A stretch of 43,251 nucleotides of DNA from an uncultured Anaerolineales bacterium (GCA_964385885.1 CAYLRT010000010.1:1-43251); one strand, 5' to 3'; counted from the first letter of the stretch, positions 1 through 9,181 are shown. Made by a program: numbers and translations. Notes: a model not told the origin generated them from the letters alone.

Positions 1-80
1 TCCAGGGCTTCATCCTCCTCCCCACGTCGGTAGGCCTCTCGCACAGCCTCGGCCATCAGGTAATGTCCATTGTCTTCCAT
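1..80 (-). CDS. 5' end of an unidentified CDS running off the left edge (N-terminus MEDNGHYLMAEAVREAYRRGEEDEAL...)
   Basis: ATG at 80-78 is preceded by AGGAGA (complement of 85-90) with a 4-nt spacer. The frame stays open to position 1. Too short to assign a family. Confidence 0.35.
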   Translation of the reverse strand, partial: MEDNGHYLMAEAVREAYRRGEEDEAL

Positions 81-297
81 TTTGTCTCCTCAGGACCAGC
101 GTGGGCGGTCTCTCTACGTTGCCCACCCTGGAGTCAGCTCCGTGCATTCTAAGATAGGCCCTCCTGCTGTCAACGGGAGTGGTTCACCAACGAACCGGGA
201 AACCCCAGATACAGCCTTCGGCAATAGCTTTGTGAGGTAAAGGCGAAAAGAACAGACTCAGGCAGCATGCACAGCGTATGCCCCGCCGTCAATGCGG

Positions 298-303
298 TAT
301 AAT
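298..303 (+). promoter_or_regulatory. Candidate -10 box (TATAAT) 9 nt upstream of the ribF ATG, implying a near-leaderless transcript
   Basis: Exact TATAAT at 298-303. There is no Shine-Dalgarno sequence between it and the ATG at 313, and the -35 is poor. Confidence 0.25.
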
Positions 304-312
304 TGAACAGAC

Positions 313-1296
313 ATGGCCATGTGGATTCAACGAGATTTCGCTCATAGCCCGGATAAGAGAGACACTGCCATTACCATCGGTAGTTTTGACGGTGTCCATC
401 GCGGTCATCAGGCGCTCATTCGCCGCATGGTCACCCACGCGCAGGAGACCGGCCTGAAGCCAATCGTGATCACTTTCGACCCACTCCCGGGACAGGTGCT
501 CATGCCAGATGAGTACAAGCTGCTCTCCACGCTTGAGGAACGGGCCGAACTCATCGAATCTCTCGGCGTCGTAGGCCTCATCGCGTTGCCTTTCGACGAG
601 ACGGTACGCAACATGTCGGCCGAGGTGTTCATCCGACAACTGGCCACCCATCTTGGGATCAAGGCGCTGTGGATCGGCCCAGACTTCAGACTAGGTCGAA
701 ACCGGGAGGGGGATGCGGAACTCCTGCATGGAGCCGGCCACCGCTACGGCTTTGATCTCCACATCCACAATGAGGTCATCACGTGGCAAGGTAAGCCCGT
801 CCACAGCAGCCGCATCCGCGCCGCGCTGCGAGAGGGACGCATCGATGAGGCCAACGGATGCCTTGGCTACCCCTATCGCCTGAGCGGCATCGTAGAGGAG
901 GGAAACAGACGCGGCAGGATTCTCGGTTTTCCCACCGCCAACGTAGCGGTACCCCGCGAACGCCTTCTCCCACGCTACGGTGTCTATCTTTGTCAGGCCC
1001 GTCTGGGCGATCAGGCCCTGGATGCGATCGTCAACGTGGGAAGACGTCCTACCTTCGACAACGGCTCGCCCACAGTGGAAGCCCATCTTCTGGACTTCAA
1101 TGGCGATCTCTACCAGCGCACGCTGCGTCTCGAGTTCCTGGCATGGCTACGCCCCGAGCGCAAGTTCGCATCGGTGGTGGCGCTAACCAAGCAATTGCAG
1201 CGGGATCGGATAGAGGCCCGCAGGCGCTTCCAGATGCTCCGCGAACGTGGCAAAGCCCCCAGCCTGAGTTACGAGGACTCGAGAATCAATGCATAA
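313..1296 (+). CDS. ribF: Bifunctional riboflavin kinase / FMN adenylyltransferase
   Basis: The 327-aa ORF has an N-terminal nucleotidyltransferase motif (GSFDGVHRGHQALI) and a C-terminal riboflavin kinase region (GFPTANV...PTVEAHLLDF). Confidence 0.93.
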   Translation: MAMWIQRDFAHSPDKRDTAITIGSFDGVHRGHQALIRRMVTHAQETGLKPIVITFDPLPGQVLMPDEYKLLSTLEERAELIESLGVVGLIALPFDETVRNMSAEVFIRQLATHLGIKALWIGPDFRLGRNREGDAELLHGAGHRYGFDLHIHNEVITWQGKPVHSSRIRAALREGRIDEANGCLGYPYRLSGIVEEGNRRGRILGFPTANVAVPRERLLPRYGVYLCQARLGDQALDAIVNVGRRPTFDNGSPTVEAHLLDFNGDLYQRTLRLEFLAWLRPERKFASVVALTKQLQRDRIEARRRFQMLRERGKAPSLSYEDSRINA

Positions 1297-2189
1297 ACGG
1301 TCTGCCTAGGCCAACCCGACAGCTTGGCGACATATCGCGCCGCTTGTGAGGGTGACTTGCCCTGAGACAGAGCCTCAGAGAGGGCCTCACGTACTTGGGA
1401 CTCGTCCCAACGCAAATTACCCTCCGCGGCGCCAGCCACCACCAGGGTATACTCCCCCCGAGGAGGATGAGCTTCCAACCAGGTCAACGCTTGCGCAATC
1501 CTCCCCCGCCATACTTCCTCATGCACTTTCGTCAATTCGCGGCAAAGGGCCAACTCTCGATCCCCTAACACCGCCAACATAGCCCGCAGAGTATCGATGA
1601 GTCGGTGAGGTGCCTCGTAGAAGATCAGGGTAAACGGGAGCTCAGCCAATGGCTCAAGGGCAACCCCCGGTCGTTTGCGCGGCAGGAATCCCACAAACAG
1701 AAAGCGATCCGTCGGCAGCCCTGACACGACCAGTGCCGCTGTATGGGCGGAGGGCCCAGGGATGGGCACTACTGGGATGCCCTGCTCAATCGCAGCGCGT
1801 AGTAAGACATAGCCAGGATCCGAAATGCCAGGCATGCCAGCCTCTGAGATGAGCGCAACATCCCCCTCTTCCAAAGCCGCCAGGATCCTCCCCAACTTCT
1901 GACGCTCGTTAGCATCATAGTAGGAGGTCACCGAGGTGGTGATTCCATAGTGTTTCAGGAGCACACGTGCTCTCCGCGTGTCCTCAGCGGCAATCAGGTC
2001 GACCTCCCGAAGGATTCGCAACGCCCGCAGCGTCACGTCCTCCAGGTTCCCAATCGGAGTTCCCACTACATAGAGCGTCCCCCCCGCCCTGGTTCGGGGA
2101 GCCCCGCGTCCTTCTGGCTGCGTGTTGCCCTGGACCACTGAACTTAGTGATTCTTGATAAAAGTAATCCGCGCCAACGAGGAGGAGCAA
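1269..2189 (-). CDS. rsmI: 16S rRNA (cytidine1402-2'-O)-methyltransferase
   Basis: Shows LYVVGTPIGNLEDVTLRALRIL...AEDTR and the tetrapyrrole-methylase-like fold motifs typical of RsmI. The track start at 2189 is TTG and overlaps the upstream gene by 46 nt; GTG at 2138 is an alternative start. The 3' end overlaps ribF convergently by 28 nt. Confidence 0.88.
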   Translation of the reverse strand: MLLLVGADYFYQESLSSVVQGNTQPEGRGAPRTRAGGTLYVVGTPIGNLEDVTLRALRILREVDLIAAEDTRRARVLLKHYGITTSVTSYYDANERQKLGRILAALEEGDVALISEAGMPGISDPGYVLLRAAIEQGIPVVPIPGPSAHTAALVVSGLPTDRFLFVGFLPRKRPGVALEPLAELPFTLIFYEAPHRLIDTLRAMLAVLGDRELALCRELTKVHEEVWRGRIAQALTWLEAHPPRGEYTLVVAGAAEGNLRWDESQVREALSEALSQGKSPSQAARYVAKLSGWPRQTVYALILESS

Positions 2190-2836
2190 TACCCCGGGAA
2201 GTTTAGGACGATCTCCTCGGAGACAGGTGGGTGACGCGGATCATCCTTGGCGTGGATCTGCACCCGGAACACCCCTCGCACCTCCATTGGGGCATTGTTG
2301 AAGAACTGCTCCCACCCGGAGTCGCCATAGAGAGTCTTGCTCCCGGAATAGACCACCGTGTCAATCCCACCACCCCAGATGTGGATAGGATAGCCCAGCA
2401 GCGGATTGCCATCGATATCTTCCACAGTGCCCGCCACCCCCGTCCATGCGCATCCATAGTAGGGTGTCTCGTAAGAGATCTCATACGTAAACGGGTAAGG
2501 CGAACGGGTCACCCTTGGCGTTGGTGTGGCAGTGGGCTCCGGTGTCGGCGGTGGCGTAGTTGGTTTCGGGGTGGGCGTAATCGTTGGCGTGAAGGTGGGC
2601 GGCGGCGTTGGTGTAATCGTGGGCGTATTCGTCGGGGTCCAGGTGGGGACTGGGGTCCGCGTAGGGGTCGACATTGGCGTCGGGGTAGCCACCAGGAACG
2701 CCTCCGGCTCAGGCGGGAAGGGATTCAACGAGGAATAAGGCCAGAGCGCAATCAACGCATACCAGACGATAAGGAGAAACGTGAGCCCCAACATCACCAA
2801 ACTCAGTACGTTGAAAAGGCGGCTCTGCTTCGCCAT
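2144..2836 (-). CDS. Hypothetical signal-anchored protein with a Pro/Thr-rich linker and an unknown C-terminal domain of about 125 aa
   Basis: The internal ATG at 2836 (MAKQSRLF...) is preceded by AAGGAGG. An N-terminal TM helix is followed by the linker and a two-Cys globular domain. The longer track ORF (to 3004) would overlap the PPIase gene. Confidence 0.7.
   Translation of the reverse strand: MAKQSRLFNVLSLVMLGLTFLLIVWYALIALWPYSSLNPFPPEPEAFLVATPTPMSTPTRTPVPTWTPTNTPTITPTPPPTFTPTITPTPKPTTPPPTPEPTATPTPRVTRSPYPFTYEISYETPYYGCAWTGVAGTVEDIDGNPLLGYPIHIWGGGIDTVVYSGSKTLYGDSGWEQFFNNAPMEVRGVFRVQIHAKDDPRHPPVSEEIVLNFPGYCSSSLARITFIKNH
2516..2689 (-). repeat. Low-complexity imperfect tandem repeat encoding a (Pro-Thr)n linker
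   Basis: Encodes TPTPMSTPTRTPVPTWTPTNTPTITPTPPPTFTPTITPTPKPTTPPPTPEPTATPTP, with the unit PTITPTP recurring. Similar linkers occur in the 12356-13900 protein. Confidence 0.6.
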
Positions 2837-2855
2837 GCTGACCTCCTTGAACCTT

Positions 2856-3818
2856 TCACGGGTGCACGAACACCTGAATATCGGCAGAGGCGCGGAGCTC
2901 CTCCAGCCATTGCCGGACCGCCTGGTCGCGCAAGAAACGCAATGTGTCAGGTGAGATCTCCTGATCGGGGATGCGCTCGACCACCTGCACAATGTGGTAG
3001 CCAAGCTCGCTAGGGATCACATCGCTGACCTGGCCTGGCTGAAGCGCAAAGGCCACGGCTTCCACCTCCTTGGAGGTCAACACACCCCGCGGGAACACCC
3101 CAAGATCACCGCCCAAGTCCCGTGTGCTGCTATCCTGTGAGTATTTCCGGGCCAATGCGGCGAACTCAGCCCCAGCCTGGAGTTGACCCAGCAGACGCCG
3201 CGCTTCCTCTTCGGTTCCGACGAGGATATGGCGCGCGTGCACGTGTTCAGCGTGAGTCGGCACCTGTTCCGCGATCAGATTCGCCATCTTGGTGGCCAGC
3301 AGATCAGCCCTCAACTTGGCCCGCATCTCATCGAGGGTCATTCCCTCGCGTTCAAGCCAACCATTGAATGTTTCATTGCCGATCTCATCCCGCAACGCGG
3401 AGAGGGTTTGATCCACTTCCTCTGGTGATACCGTCACGCCCTGATGTGCTGCAGCCTGCTCGATCAAAACCTGATCGATCATCAGATCCAGCACCCACTG
3501 TCTGCCCTCAGTCAGGGCCTTTTGTCCCTCTGGTGTGCTAGGATCCTGCCCCGCCGCCACCATCGAGGCCCTATAGCGCTCAACCTGACGTTCAAACTCC
3601 GCAAGGGTGATGGTCTGCCCATTGACCAAAGCCGCCATGGGCTCTGGTGTGGGAGAAGGTGACGGGACCGGTGTAGGAGAGTCCTGGACGGGCACAGGCG
3701 GTGTCTGCCCAGAGTCCACACCTCCGCTCTCCCGGGTCGCCTCGGCAGTAGGAAACGTACAGGAGGATCCAATAGAAACCACGATTACCAGAAATACCAG
3801 CATCCGCGACAACTTCAT
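2856..3818 (-). CDS. Peptidyl-prolyl cis-trans isomerase, parvulin (PpiC) type with a SurA/PrsA-like N-domain; probable lipoprotein
   Basis: Signal peptide plus lipobox-like IGSSC. Parvulin domain: HARHILV...FAALARKYSQD...GGDLGVF...GYHIVQV. GAGGAGGA lies upstream of the ATG at 3818. Confidence 0.85.
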   Translation of the reverse strand: MKLSRMLVFLVIVVSIGSSCTFPTAEATRESGGVDSGQTPPVPVQDSPTPVPSPSPTPEPMAALVNGQTITLAEFERQVERYRASMVAAGQDPSTPEGQKALTEGRQWVLDLMIDQVLIEQAAAHQGVTVSPEEVDQTLSALRDEIGNETFNGWLEREGMTLDEMRAKLRADLLATKMANLIAEQVPTHAEHVHARHILVGTEEEARRLLGQLQAGAEFAALARKYSQDSSTRDLGGDLGVFPRGVLTSKEVEAVAFALQPGQVSDVIPSELGYHIVQVVERIPDQEISPDTLRFLRDQAVRQWLEELRASADIQVFVHP

Positions 3819-3951
3819 CCGTTCCGATCCTCCTCAAAATAAAGCCGAAACCGGCATTAACTTACCACAAACCATGGGCATTATAAACCCAGAGAACACC
3901 AAAGCAATATGCGGATCCAACACAGAGCACGATTGGCCTGAAAGTCAGTCT

Positions 3952-3979
3952 TTGACAGAGCCCTCAAACTGAGTACAAT
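3952..3979 (+). promoter_or_regulatory. Sigma-70-type promoter candidate (TTGACA-N16-TACAAT) for the molybdoenzyme gene
   Basis: TTGACA at 3952-3957 and TACAAT at 3974-3979. Its position argues that ATG 4016, not GTG 3983, is the start codon. Confidence 0.45.
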
Positions 3980-4015
3980 GAAGTGAGTGAAGGAATATCC
4001 GAAGTGGGGCCCCTA

Positions 4016-6949
4016 ATGCTCATAACTGCAGTGCTAAATGGCGAGCGGCGTCAGTTTGACGTCACTCCCGGAGAGACGCTCTTCGATCTCCTGCGGCGTA
4101 GTGGAATCCGGAGCGTGAAATTCGGCAGCGAAGACGGAAGCGCTGGCTACAGCACGGTTCTGGTCAACGGTCGCCCCATCGACAGCGCTGTCCTTCTGGC
4201 TGCCCAGGTCGACGGGGCCGAGATACTCACCGTCGAAGGCCTCAACAAACGTCACTCTCCAGGATGGAAAGCTTCGGATGCCTGGCATCCCCTTCAACGC
4301 GCATTCATCGAAACCGGCGCCATCCAGAGCGGCTATGATACGCCAGCTCTCATCCTTGCCGGCAAAGCCTTACTCGACAGAAATCCCAATCCCACAGAGT
4401 CCGAGGTCCGCGACGCTATCAGTGGGATTATCTCCCGGGAGACTGGCTACGCCAAACCCGTGCTGGCCATCCTGCGTGCAGCTGCCTACATGCGCAGTGA
4501 GCCCCCTGAACCCATCGAAGGGAAGGCCACAGGACCACTTGCCGTGCAGGAAACGGTTGACCGGACGGGCCCAAGGTTGAATGTACAACCCAAGATCTTC
4601 AACTCGGATGCAGCACCGAGCTTCTCAGTGGTCGGCAAGCCCCTGCCAAAGGTCGATGCACCAAAGCTGGCGCAGGGTAAGCCGGCATTTGCGGCAGACT
4701 TCGAGCGTCCGGGCATGCTCTATGCCAAGATCCTCCACAGCCCCCATGCCCATGCTTTCATCAAAGAGATCGATACCAGCGCCGCAGAGGCGTTGCCAGG
4801 CGTACACGCAGTCCTGTGTTACAAGAACGTACCCCGAGTCCCCTTCTCCACCGCCGGGCAATCCTATCCCATCCCTGGCCCTTTGGATTACGTCAGCTTC
4901 GACAACAAAGTGCGTTACGTCGGCGATCGCGTCGCGGCAGTTGCAGCAGAGACACCGGAGATCGCGGAGGAGGCACTGTCACTCATTCGGGTGGACTACG
5001 AGGTGCTCCCCCCGGTGCTCAGCCTTGACCAGGCGATGGCAGAGGATGCCCCTGTCATTCACGACGAGCCTGATTACGTGAACTTCGGTGAGAGCGATCC
5101 CCAGCGCAACCTGGTCGCCCGCGTGTGCATTGACATCGGTGACGTGGATGAGGCACTGGAGCGTGCAGATTACGTCTTCGAGACCCAGGTCGAAACCCAG
5201 AAAATGAAGCATGTGCCTCTGGAGCCCTGGGTTGTTCTCACCTATTGGGACGAGGACGACCGACTCGTCATCCTGAGCTCGACGCAGGTGCCGTTCCACG
5301 TGCGACGCATCCTGGCACCAGTCTTAGGCCTCACCGAGAAGCAGATTCGGGTCATCAAGCCGAGGATCGGAGCTGCCTTCGGTAACAAGCAGGAGATTTA
5401 CGAGGATATTCCAGCTCATCTCACCATCGCAACGGGAAAGCCTGTGCTCTTGACACTGACCCGCGAGGAACAATTCATCTATACGACCACACGCCACCCT
5501 ATGCGTGTTACCTATCGCATCGGTGTGCAGAGCGACGGCACAATGATCGCCCAAGACCTTCATGCGTTGAGTGATACGGGCGCTTACGGGGGACATGGGC
5601 TGACTGTGTTGGGCAACACAGGCCATAAGACCCTTCCCCTCTACAACACGCCGCACGTGCGGTTTTGGGGAGAGACCTACTACACAACGCTGCCCCGCGC
5701 CGGGGCCTATCGAGGGTATGGCGTCACACAAGGGGTCGTGGCCACAGAGACCCTGATCACGCAAGCGGCACGCGAACTGGGGTGGGATCCCCTCGAGTTC
5801 AGGCTCAAGAACATCATCGCTCCTCATACTGAAAACATTATGAGCAAAGCCTGGAGTGAAGGACGTGAGGCACATGGCGAGATGATCGAAACCAATGCCC
5901 TGCGAGAAGCGGCATTCCAGGGAGCCACTGCGATTGGCTGGTACGATAAATACGGCAATCCTGAGTGGCACATCGTCCCGGGGCACCCTCACCTGCGCCG
6001 GGGCATCGGCGTCGCCTTCCTGATGCAGGGCTCTGGGATCCCCAATCTGGATATGGGATCAGCCCTGATCAAGATGAACGACGATGGATCATTCAACCTC
6101 CTGATGGGTGCTACTGACCTGGGAACCGGTTCAGATACTGTGTTGGGGCAGATCGCGGCGGAGATCCTGGGTTGCAGCCTCGATGACTTCATCATTCGCT
6201 CTTCAGACACCGATCTTACCCCCTTCGACAAAGGGGCCTACGCCTCAAGCACCACCTACGTGAGCGGTGGTGCTGTGGCGCGGGCGGCATCTCAGGTCGC
6301 CCAACAGATCAAAGAGGTCGCGGCCGAGATGATCGGTGGGGAGCCCCAAGACTTCACCCTGCGAGATGCCAAAGTGTGGCGGGACAAGGAAACCAGCCTC
6401 ACGTTCCGAGAAGTTGCACTCTACAGCCTGCACACCCACAATCAACATCAAATCATGGGATTGGGCTCTTTCGTCAGTCCTGTCAGTCCTCCTCCGTTCG
6501 CCGCGCAGTTCGCAGAAGTGACCGTAGATATCGAGACCGGACAGACCCGGGTAGATCATCTGCTTATTGCACTGGATTCGGGGCAGGTCATCAACCCGCT
6601 GACGGCCAGTGGCCAGGCTGAGGGAGGCATGCATCAGGCACTTGGGTACGCACTGACGGAGGAGCTTATCTACGATGCCCAAGGTCGGACCGTGAATCCG
6701 CGTTTGGATGACTATCGCATCTTCCGGGCCGACGAGACACCACCGATGACGACTCTCTTCTATACTACCTTCGAGCCGTCTCATCCTGTAGGTGTGAAAT
6801 CGGTGGCCGAGATCGTGGTCAACGGCGTGGCACCAGCCGTGCTCAATGCCATTTACGATGCCACAGGTGTCATGATGCATAAGACGCCAGTGACTCCGCA
6901 GCGATTGTGGAAGGCTCTTCAGCGCAAGGCGCCGCCACTGACACCATAG
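4016..6949 (+). CDS. Xanthine dehydrogenase-family molybdopterin oxidoreductase: single-chain aldehyde-oxidoreductase architecture with cysteine-less [2Fe-2S]-like N-domains
   Basis: The N-terminus MLITAVLNGERRQFDV matches small-subunit starts. It has an a/b-hammerhead region (VGKPLPKVDAPKLAQGKPAFAADF) and the Mo-domain motifs STQVPFHVRR, GAAFGNKQE and VAEIVVNGVAPAVLNAIYDATG. The track ORF begins at GTG 3983. Confidence 0.88.
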   Translation: MLITAVLNGERRQFDVTPGETLFDLLRRSGIRSVKFGSEDGSAGYSTVLVNGRPIDSAVLLAAQVDGAEILTVEGLNKRHSPGWKASDAWHPLQRAFIETGAIQSGYDTPALILAGKALLDRNPNPTESEVRDAISGIISRETGYAKPVLAILRAAAYMRSEPPEPIEGKATGPLAVQETVDRTGPRLNVQPKIFNSDAAPSFSVVGKPLPKVDAPKLAQGKPAFAADFERPGMLYAKILHSPHAHAFIKEIDTSAAEALPGVHAVLCYKNVPRVPFSTAGQSYPIPGPLDYVSFDNKVRYVGDRVAAVAAETPEIAEEALSLIRVDYEVLPPVLSLDQAMAEDAPVIHDEPDYVNFGESDPQRNLVARVCIDIGDVDEALERADYVFETQVETQKMKHVPLEPWVVLTYWDEDDRLVILSSTQVPFHVRRILAPVLGLTEKQIRVIKPRIGAAFGNKQEIYEDIPAHLTIATGKPVLLTLTREEQFIYTTTRHPMRVTYRIGVQSDGTMIAQDLHALSDTGAYGGHGLTVLGNTGHKTLPLYNTPHVRFWGETYYTTLPRAGAYRGYGVTQGVVATETLITQAARELGWDPLEFRLKNIIAPHTENIMSKAWSEGREAHGEMIETNALREAAFQGATAIGWYDKYGNPEWHIVPGHPHLRRGIGVAFLMQGSGIPNLDMGSALIKMNDDGSFNLLMGATDLGTGSDTVLGQIAAEILGCSLDDFIIRSSDTDLTPFDKGAYASSTTYVSGGAVARAASQVAQQIKEVAAEMIGGEPQDFTLRDAKVWRDKETSLTFREVALYSLHTHNQHQIMGLGSFVSPVSPPPFAAQFAEVTVDIETGQTRVDHLLIALDSGQVINPLTASGQAEGGMHQALGYALTEELIYDAQGRTVNPRLDDYRIFRADETPPMTTLFYTTFEPSHPVGVKSVAEIVVNGVAPAVLNAIYDATGVMMHKTPVTPQRLWKALQRKAPPLTP

Positions 6950-6968
6950 GTTGAAATACCCTGTACAG

Positions 6969-7008
6969 ATCAGAAGGCGGCGCAGAAGAGGAAGCGCCGC
7001 CTTCTGAT
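6969..7008 (+). terminator. Perfect 15-bp GC-rich hairpin after the molybdoenzyme stop codon (weak U-tract)
   Basis: ATCAGAAGGCGGCGC, a 10-nt loop, then GCGCCGCCTTCTGAT, followed by ATTGC. Confidence 0.45.
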
Positions 7009-7140
7009 ATTGCAGAAGCAACGGACATCGTGGGGGACGTCGGGAGATTCTGTCGATCGGCAGAGCGTCCTGACGAGTGCGTGACAAGCGCAAAAGATGT
7101 GACCAAGAAGTTACGGAGTTTTCTAAGGAGGAGACGTGCA

Positions 7141-9021
7141 ATGAGCTGGGAGAAATACCATCTACCGCAAGAAGCCGCGGACATCCTGGCACGGAGCCCG
7201 CAGGTGATCGTAGCCAACACAGTGGCTGAGCTGATAAACCTGGCGTGCGGTGGCCTGGGAAGCAACCACTTCGAGGTAGCCTACGACGTGCCAGGTAACG
7301 GTGAGATCGTAGAGGCCATCGTGGCCCGGGTGCGCAACGGTGTCTCGGTGAATTACCCCGAACCCTACATGCGGCGCCGAGACCCGGATTGTCTTGTCAT
7401 CGCGGATGATAAACCCACTGACAAGCCCACATTCAAGGAACGATTCGGCATCGACTTCGAATCTGTCCGTCAGGAAACCTTTGAGTGGATGGCGTCGGTT
7501 CCCCTGGCGATGTTTGCCTACGTTGCGGGGCAGCAAGGCATGGGGACGGACTCCATCGCCATCGTACCGGCCAACGCGGGCTTCTTCGCGCTTGCCCTGG
7601 CGCTGCTGCAGGGCATCATTCACGAAAAGGACCTGTCACCCGACTTCAATCCTCAATCCATCATCTACGTGGCGCCCGTGTTTCGGCACACCCACTTCCA
7701 CGGCAAGCAAGTCGTGGTCCACAATCGCCTGGACCATCTGCATGAGATGTTTGCCTACAACCTCTACCCCGGCCCTAGCGCCAAAAAGGGCGTCTACGGC
7801 ATGTTGTTGACACAAGGAGAGCGTGAGGGATGGGTGACGACACACTGCTCTGCGGTTCGAGTCGTCACACCGTACGACAACGTCACGACCATCATGCATG
7901 AAGCAGCCAGCGGTGGTGGCAAGAGTGAGATGCTGGAACATGCACATCGAGAGGACGATGGGACCCTGCTGTTGGGTGAGAACCTGATTACGGGAGAACG
8001 TCGCTACCTGGAGATCCCGCGCTCCTGCCAACTCCAGCCGGTCGCTGATGACATGGCACTGTGCCATCCCTCCCTGCAGAACGACACAGGCAAGCTTGTA
8101 ATCACTGACGCCGAGGACGCATGGTTCCTGAGAGTCAATCACATCAACCATTACGGGACCGACGTACACCTGGAGCGACTGACTGCAGAGCCCCCCGTCC
8201 CCCTCCTGTTCCTGAACATCTATGCCGTCCCGGGCAGCCGTGCGTTGATCTGGGAACACATCGAGGATGAGCCCGGCAGACCTTGTCCGAATCCCAGGGT
8301 GGTGATCCCACGGCGTATCTTCCCCGACATCGTCCACGAGCCAGTGGAGGTTGACATCAGGAGCTTTGGCGTCCGCACCCCACCCTGCACTGAGGAACAC
8401 CCGACCTATGGCATCATGGGTCTCTTCCACATCTTACCACCTGCCCTGGCGTGGTTGTGGAGACTCGCTGCTCCTCGTGGTTATGCCAATCCCAGCATCA
8501 TCGATTCGCGGGGCATGAGCAGTGAAGGCGTAGGGTCCTACTGGCCCTTTGCAACGGGCCGGCGAGTCGACCAGGCCAACCTGCTACTCGCTCAGTTCAG
8601 GGAACATCTCAACACCCGCTATGTTCTATGCCCCAACCAGTACGTGGGCGCCTGGCGCGTCGGCTTCATGGGAGAGTGGATCATGCGCGAATATCTGGCG
8701 CGCCGCGGGACCGCGCGGTTCAAGCCCGGGCAGATCCGTCCCGCGCGCTGCGCCTTGCTCGGGTATGCCCTGCATCAACTTCAGGTCGAGGGGCGGTTCG
8801 TGTCCCGGTGGTTCCTGCAGGTGAACACGCAACCCGAAGTGGGAAACGAGGGGTACGATGCAGGAGCTCGCATGCTGTACGATTTCTTTAAAAAGGAACT
8901 TGAACTATACCTCGTCGACGATCTGGACCCACTAGGCCGCAGAATTATTGAATGTTTCATGGATCACGGCTCCGTGGCGGACTATGCCTCTCTAATCCCT
9001 CAAGTTGACTTCATCCCATGA
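7141..9021 (+). CDS. Large uncharacterised P-loop protein, DUF4914-like
   Basis: ATG 7141 is preceded by TAAGGAGGAG. The protein is 626 aa with a Walker-A-like SGGGKSE (7909-7929) resembling the HPr kinase/PEPCK-type P-loop. The family assignment is from memory of the DUF4914 length and motif. Confidence 0.7.
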   Translation: MSWEKYHLPQEAADILARSPQVIVANTVAELINLACGGLGSNHFEVAYDVPGNGEIVEAIVARVRNGVSVNYPEPYMRRRDPDCLVIADDKPTDKPTFKERFGIDFESVRQETFEWMASVPLAMFAYVAGQQGMGTDSIAIVPANAGFFALALALLQGIIHEKDLSPDFNPQSIIYVAPVFRHTHFHGKQVVVHNRLDHLHEMFAYNLYPGPSAKKGVYGMLLTQGEREGWVTTHCSAVRVVTPYDNVTTIMHEAASGGGKSEMLEHAHREDDGTLLLGENLITGERRYLEIPRSCQLQPVADDMALCHPSLQNDTGKLVITDAEDAWFLRVNHINHYGTDVHLERLTAEPPVPLLFLNIYAVPGSRALIWEHIEDEPGRPCPNPRVVIPRRIFPDIVHEPVEVDIRSFGVRTPPCTEEHPTYGIMGLFHILPPALAWLWRLAAPRGYANPSIIDSRGMSSEGVGSYWPFATGRRVDQANLLLAQFREHLNTRYVLCPNQYVGAWRVGFMGEWIMREYLARRGTARFKPGQIRPARCALLGYALHQLQVEGRFVSRWFLQVNTQPEVGNEGYDAGARMLYDFFKKELELYLVDDLDPLGRRIIECFMDHGSVADYASLIPQVDFIP

Positions 9022-9120
9022 GACGGGGTATACTCATTGAGGAGACCATGCGGCGAGAGGGCTCCAAAGGGTGGCAGCCAAATAGAGTTGGCGTGGTGCC
9101 ACAAGAGCCATAGCAGGCAA

Positions 9121-9152
9121 GGGTTTGACCGGCTGTTGAGCCGGTCAAACCC
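9121..9152 (+). terminator. Perfect 14-bp hairpin (GGGTTTGACCGGCT / AGCCGGTCAAACCC) 100 nt downstream of the DUF4914-like gene, with no U-tract
   Basis: The inverted repeat with a 4-nt loop was read directly. It could be a terminator or an RNA-stability element. Confidence 0.35.
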
Positions 9153-9181
9153 CGCCAGATCATGAGAGAGGAGCTCAGAAG

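Noticed and set aside
2516-2689. Repetitive DNA that might have been a CRISPR or VNTR locus
   Set aside because: The repeats are imperfect and in-frame, and they encode a Pro/Thr linker inside a CDS. There is no repeat-spacer periodicity and there are no cas genes.
3983-4015. GTG 3983 as the start of the molybdoenzyme
   Set aside because: It lies only 3 nt after the candidate -10 box. ATG 4016 reproduces the canonical small-subunit N-terminus (M-x-I-x-x-x-x-N-G).
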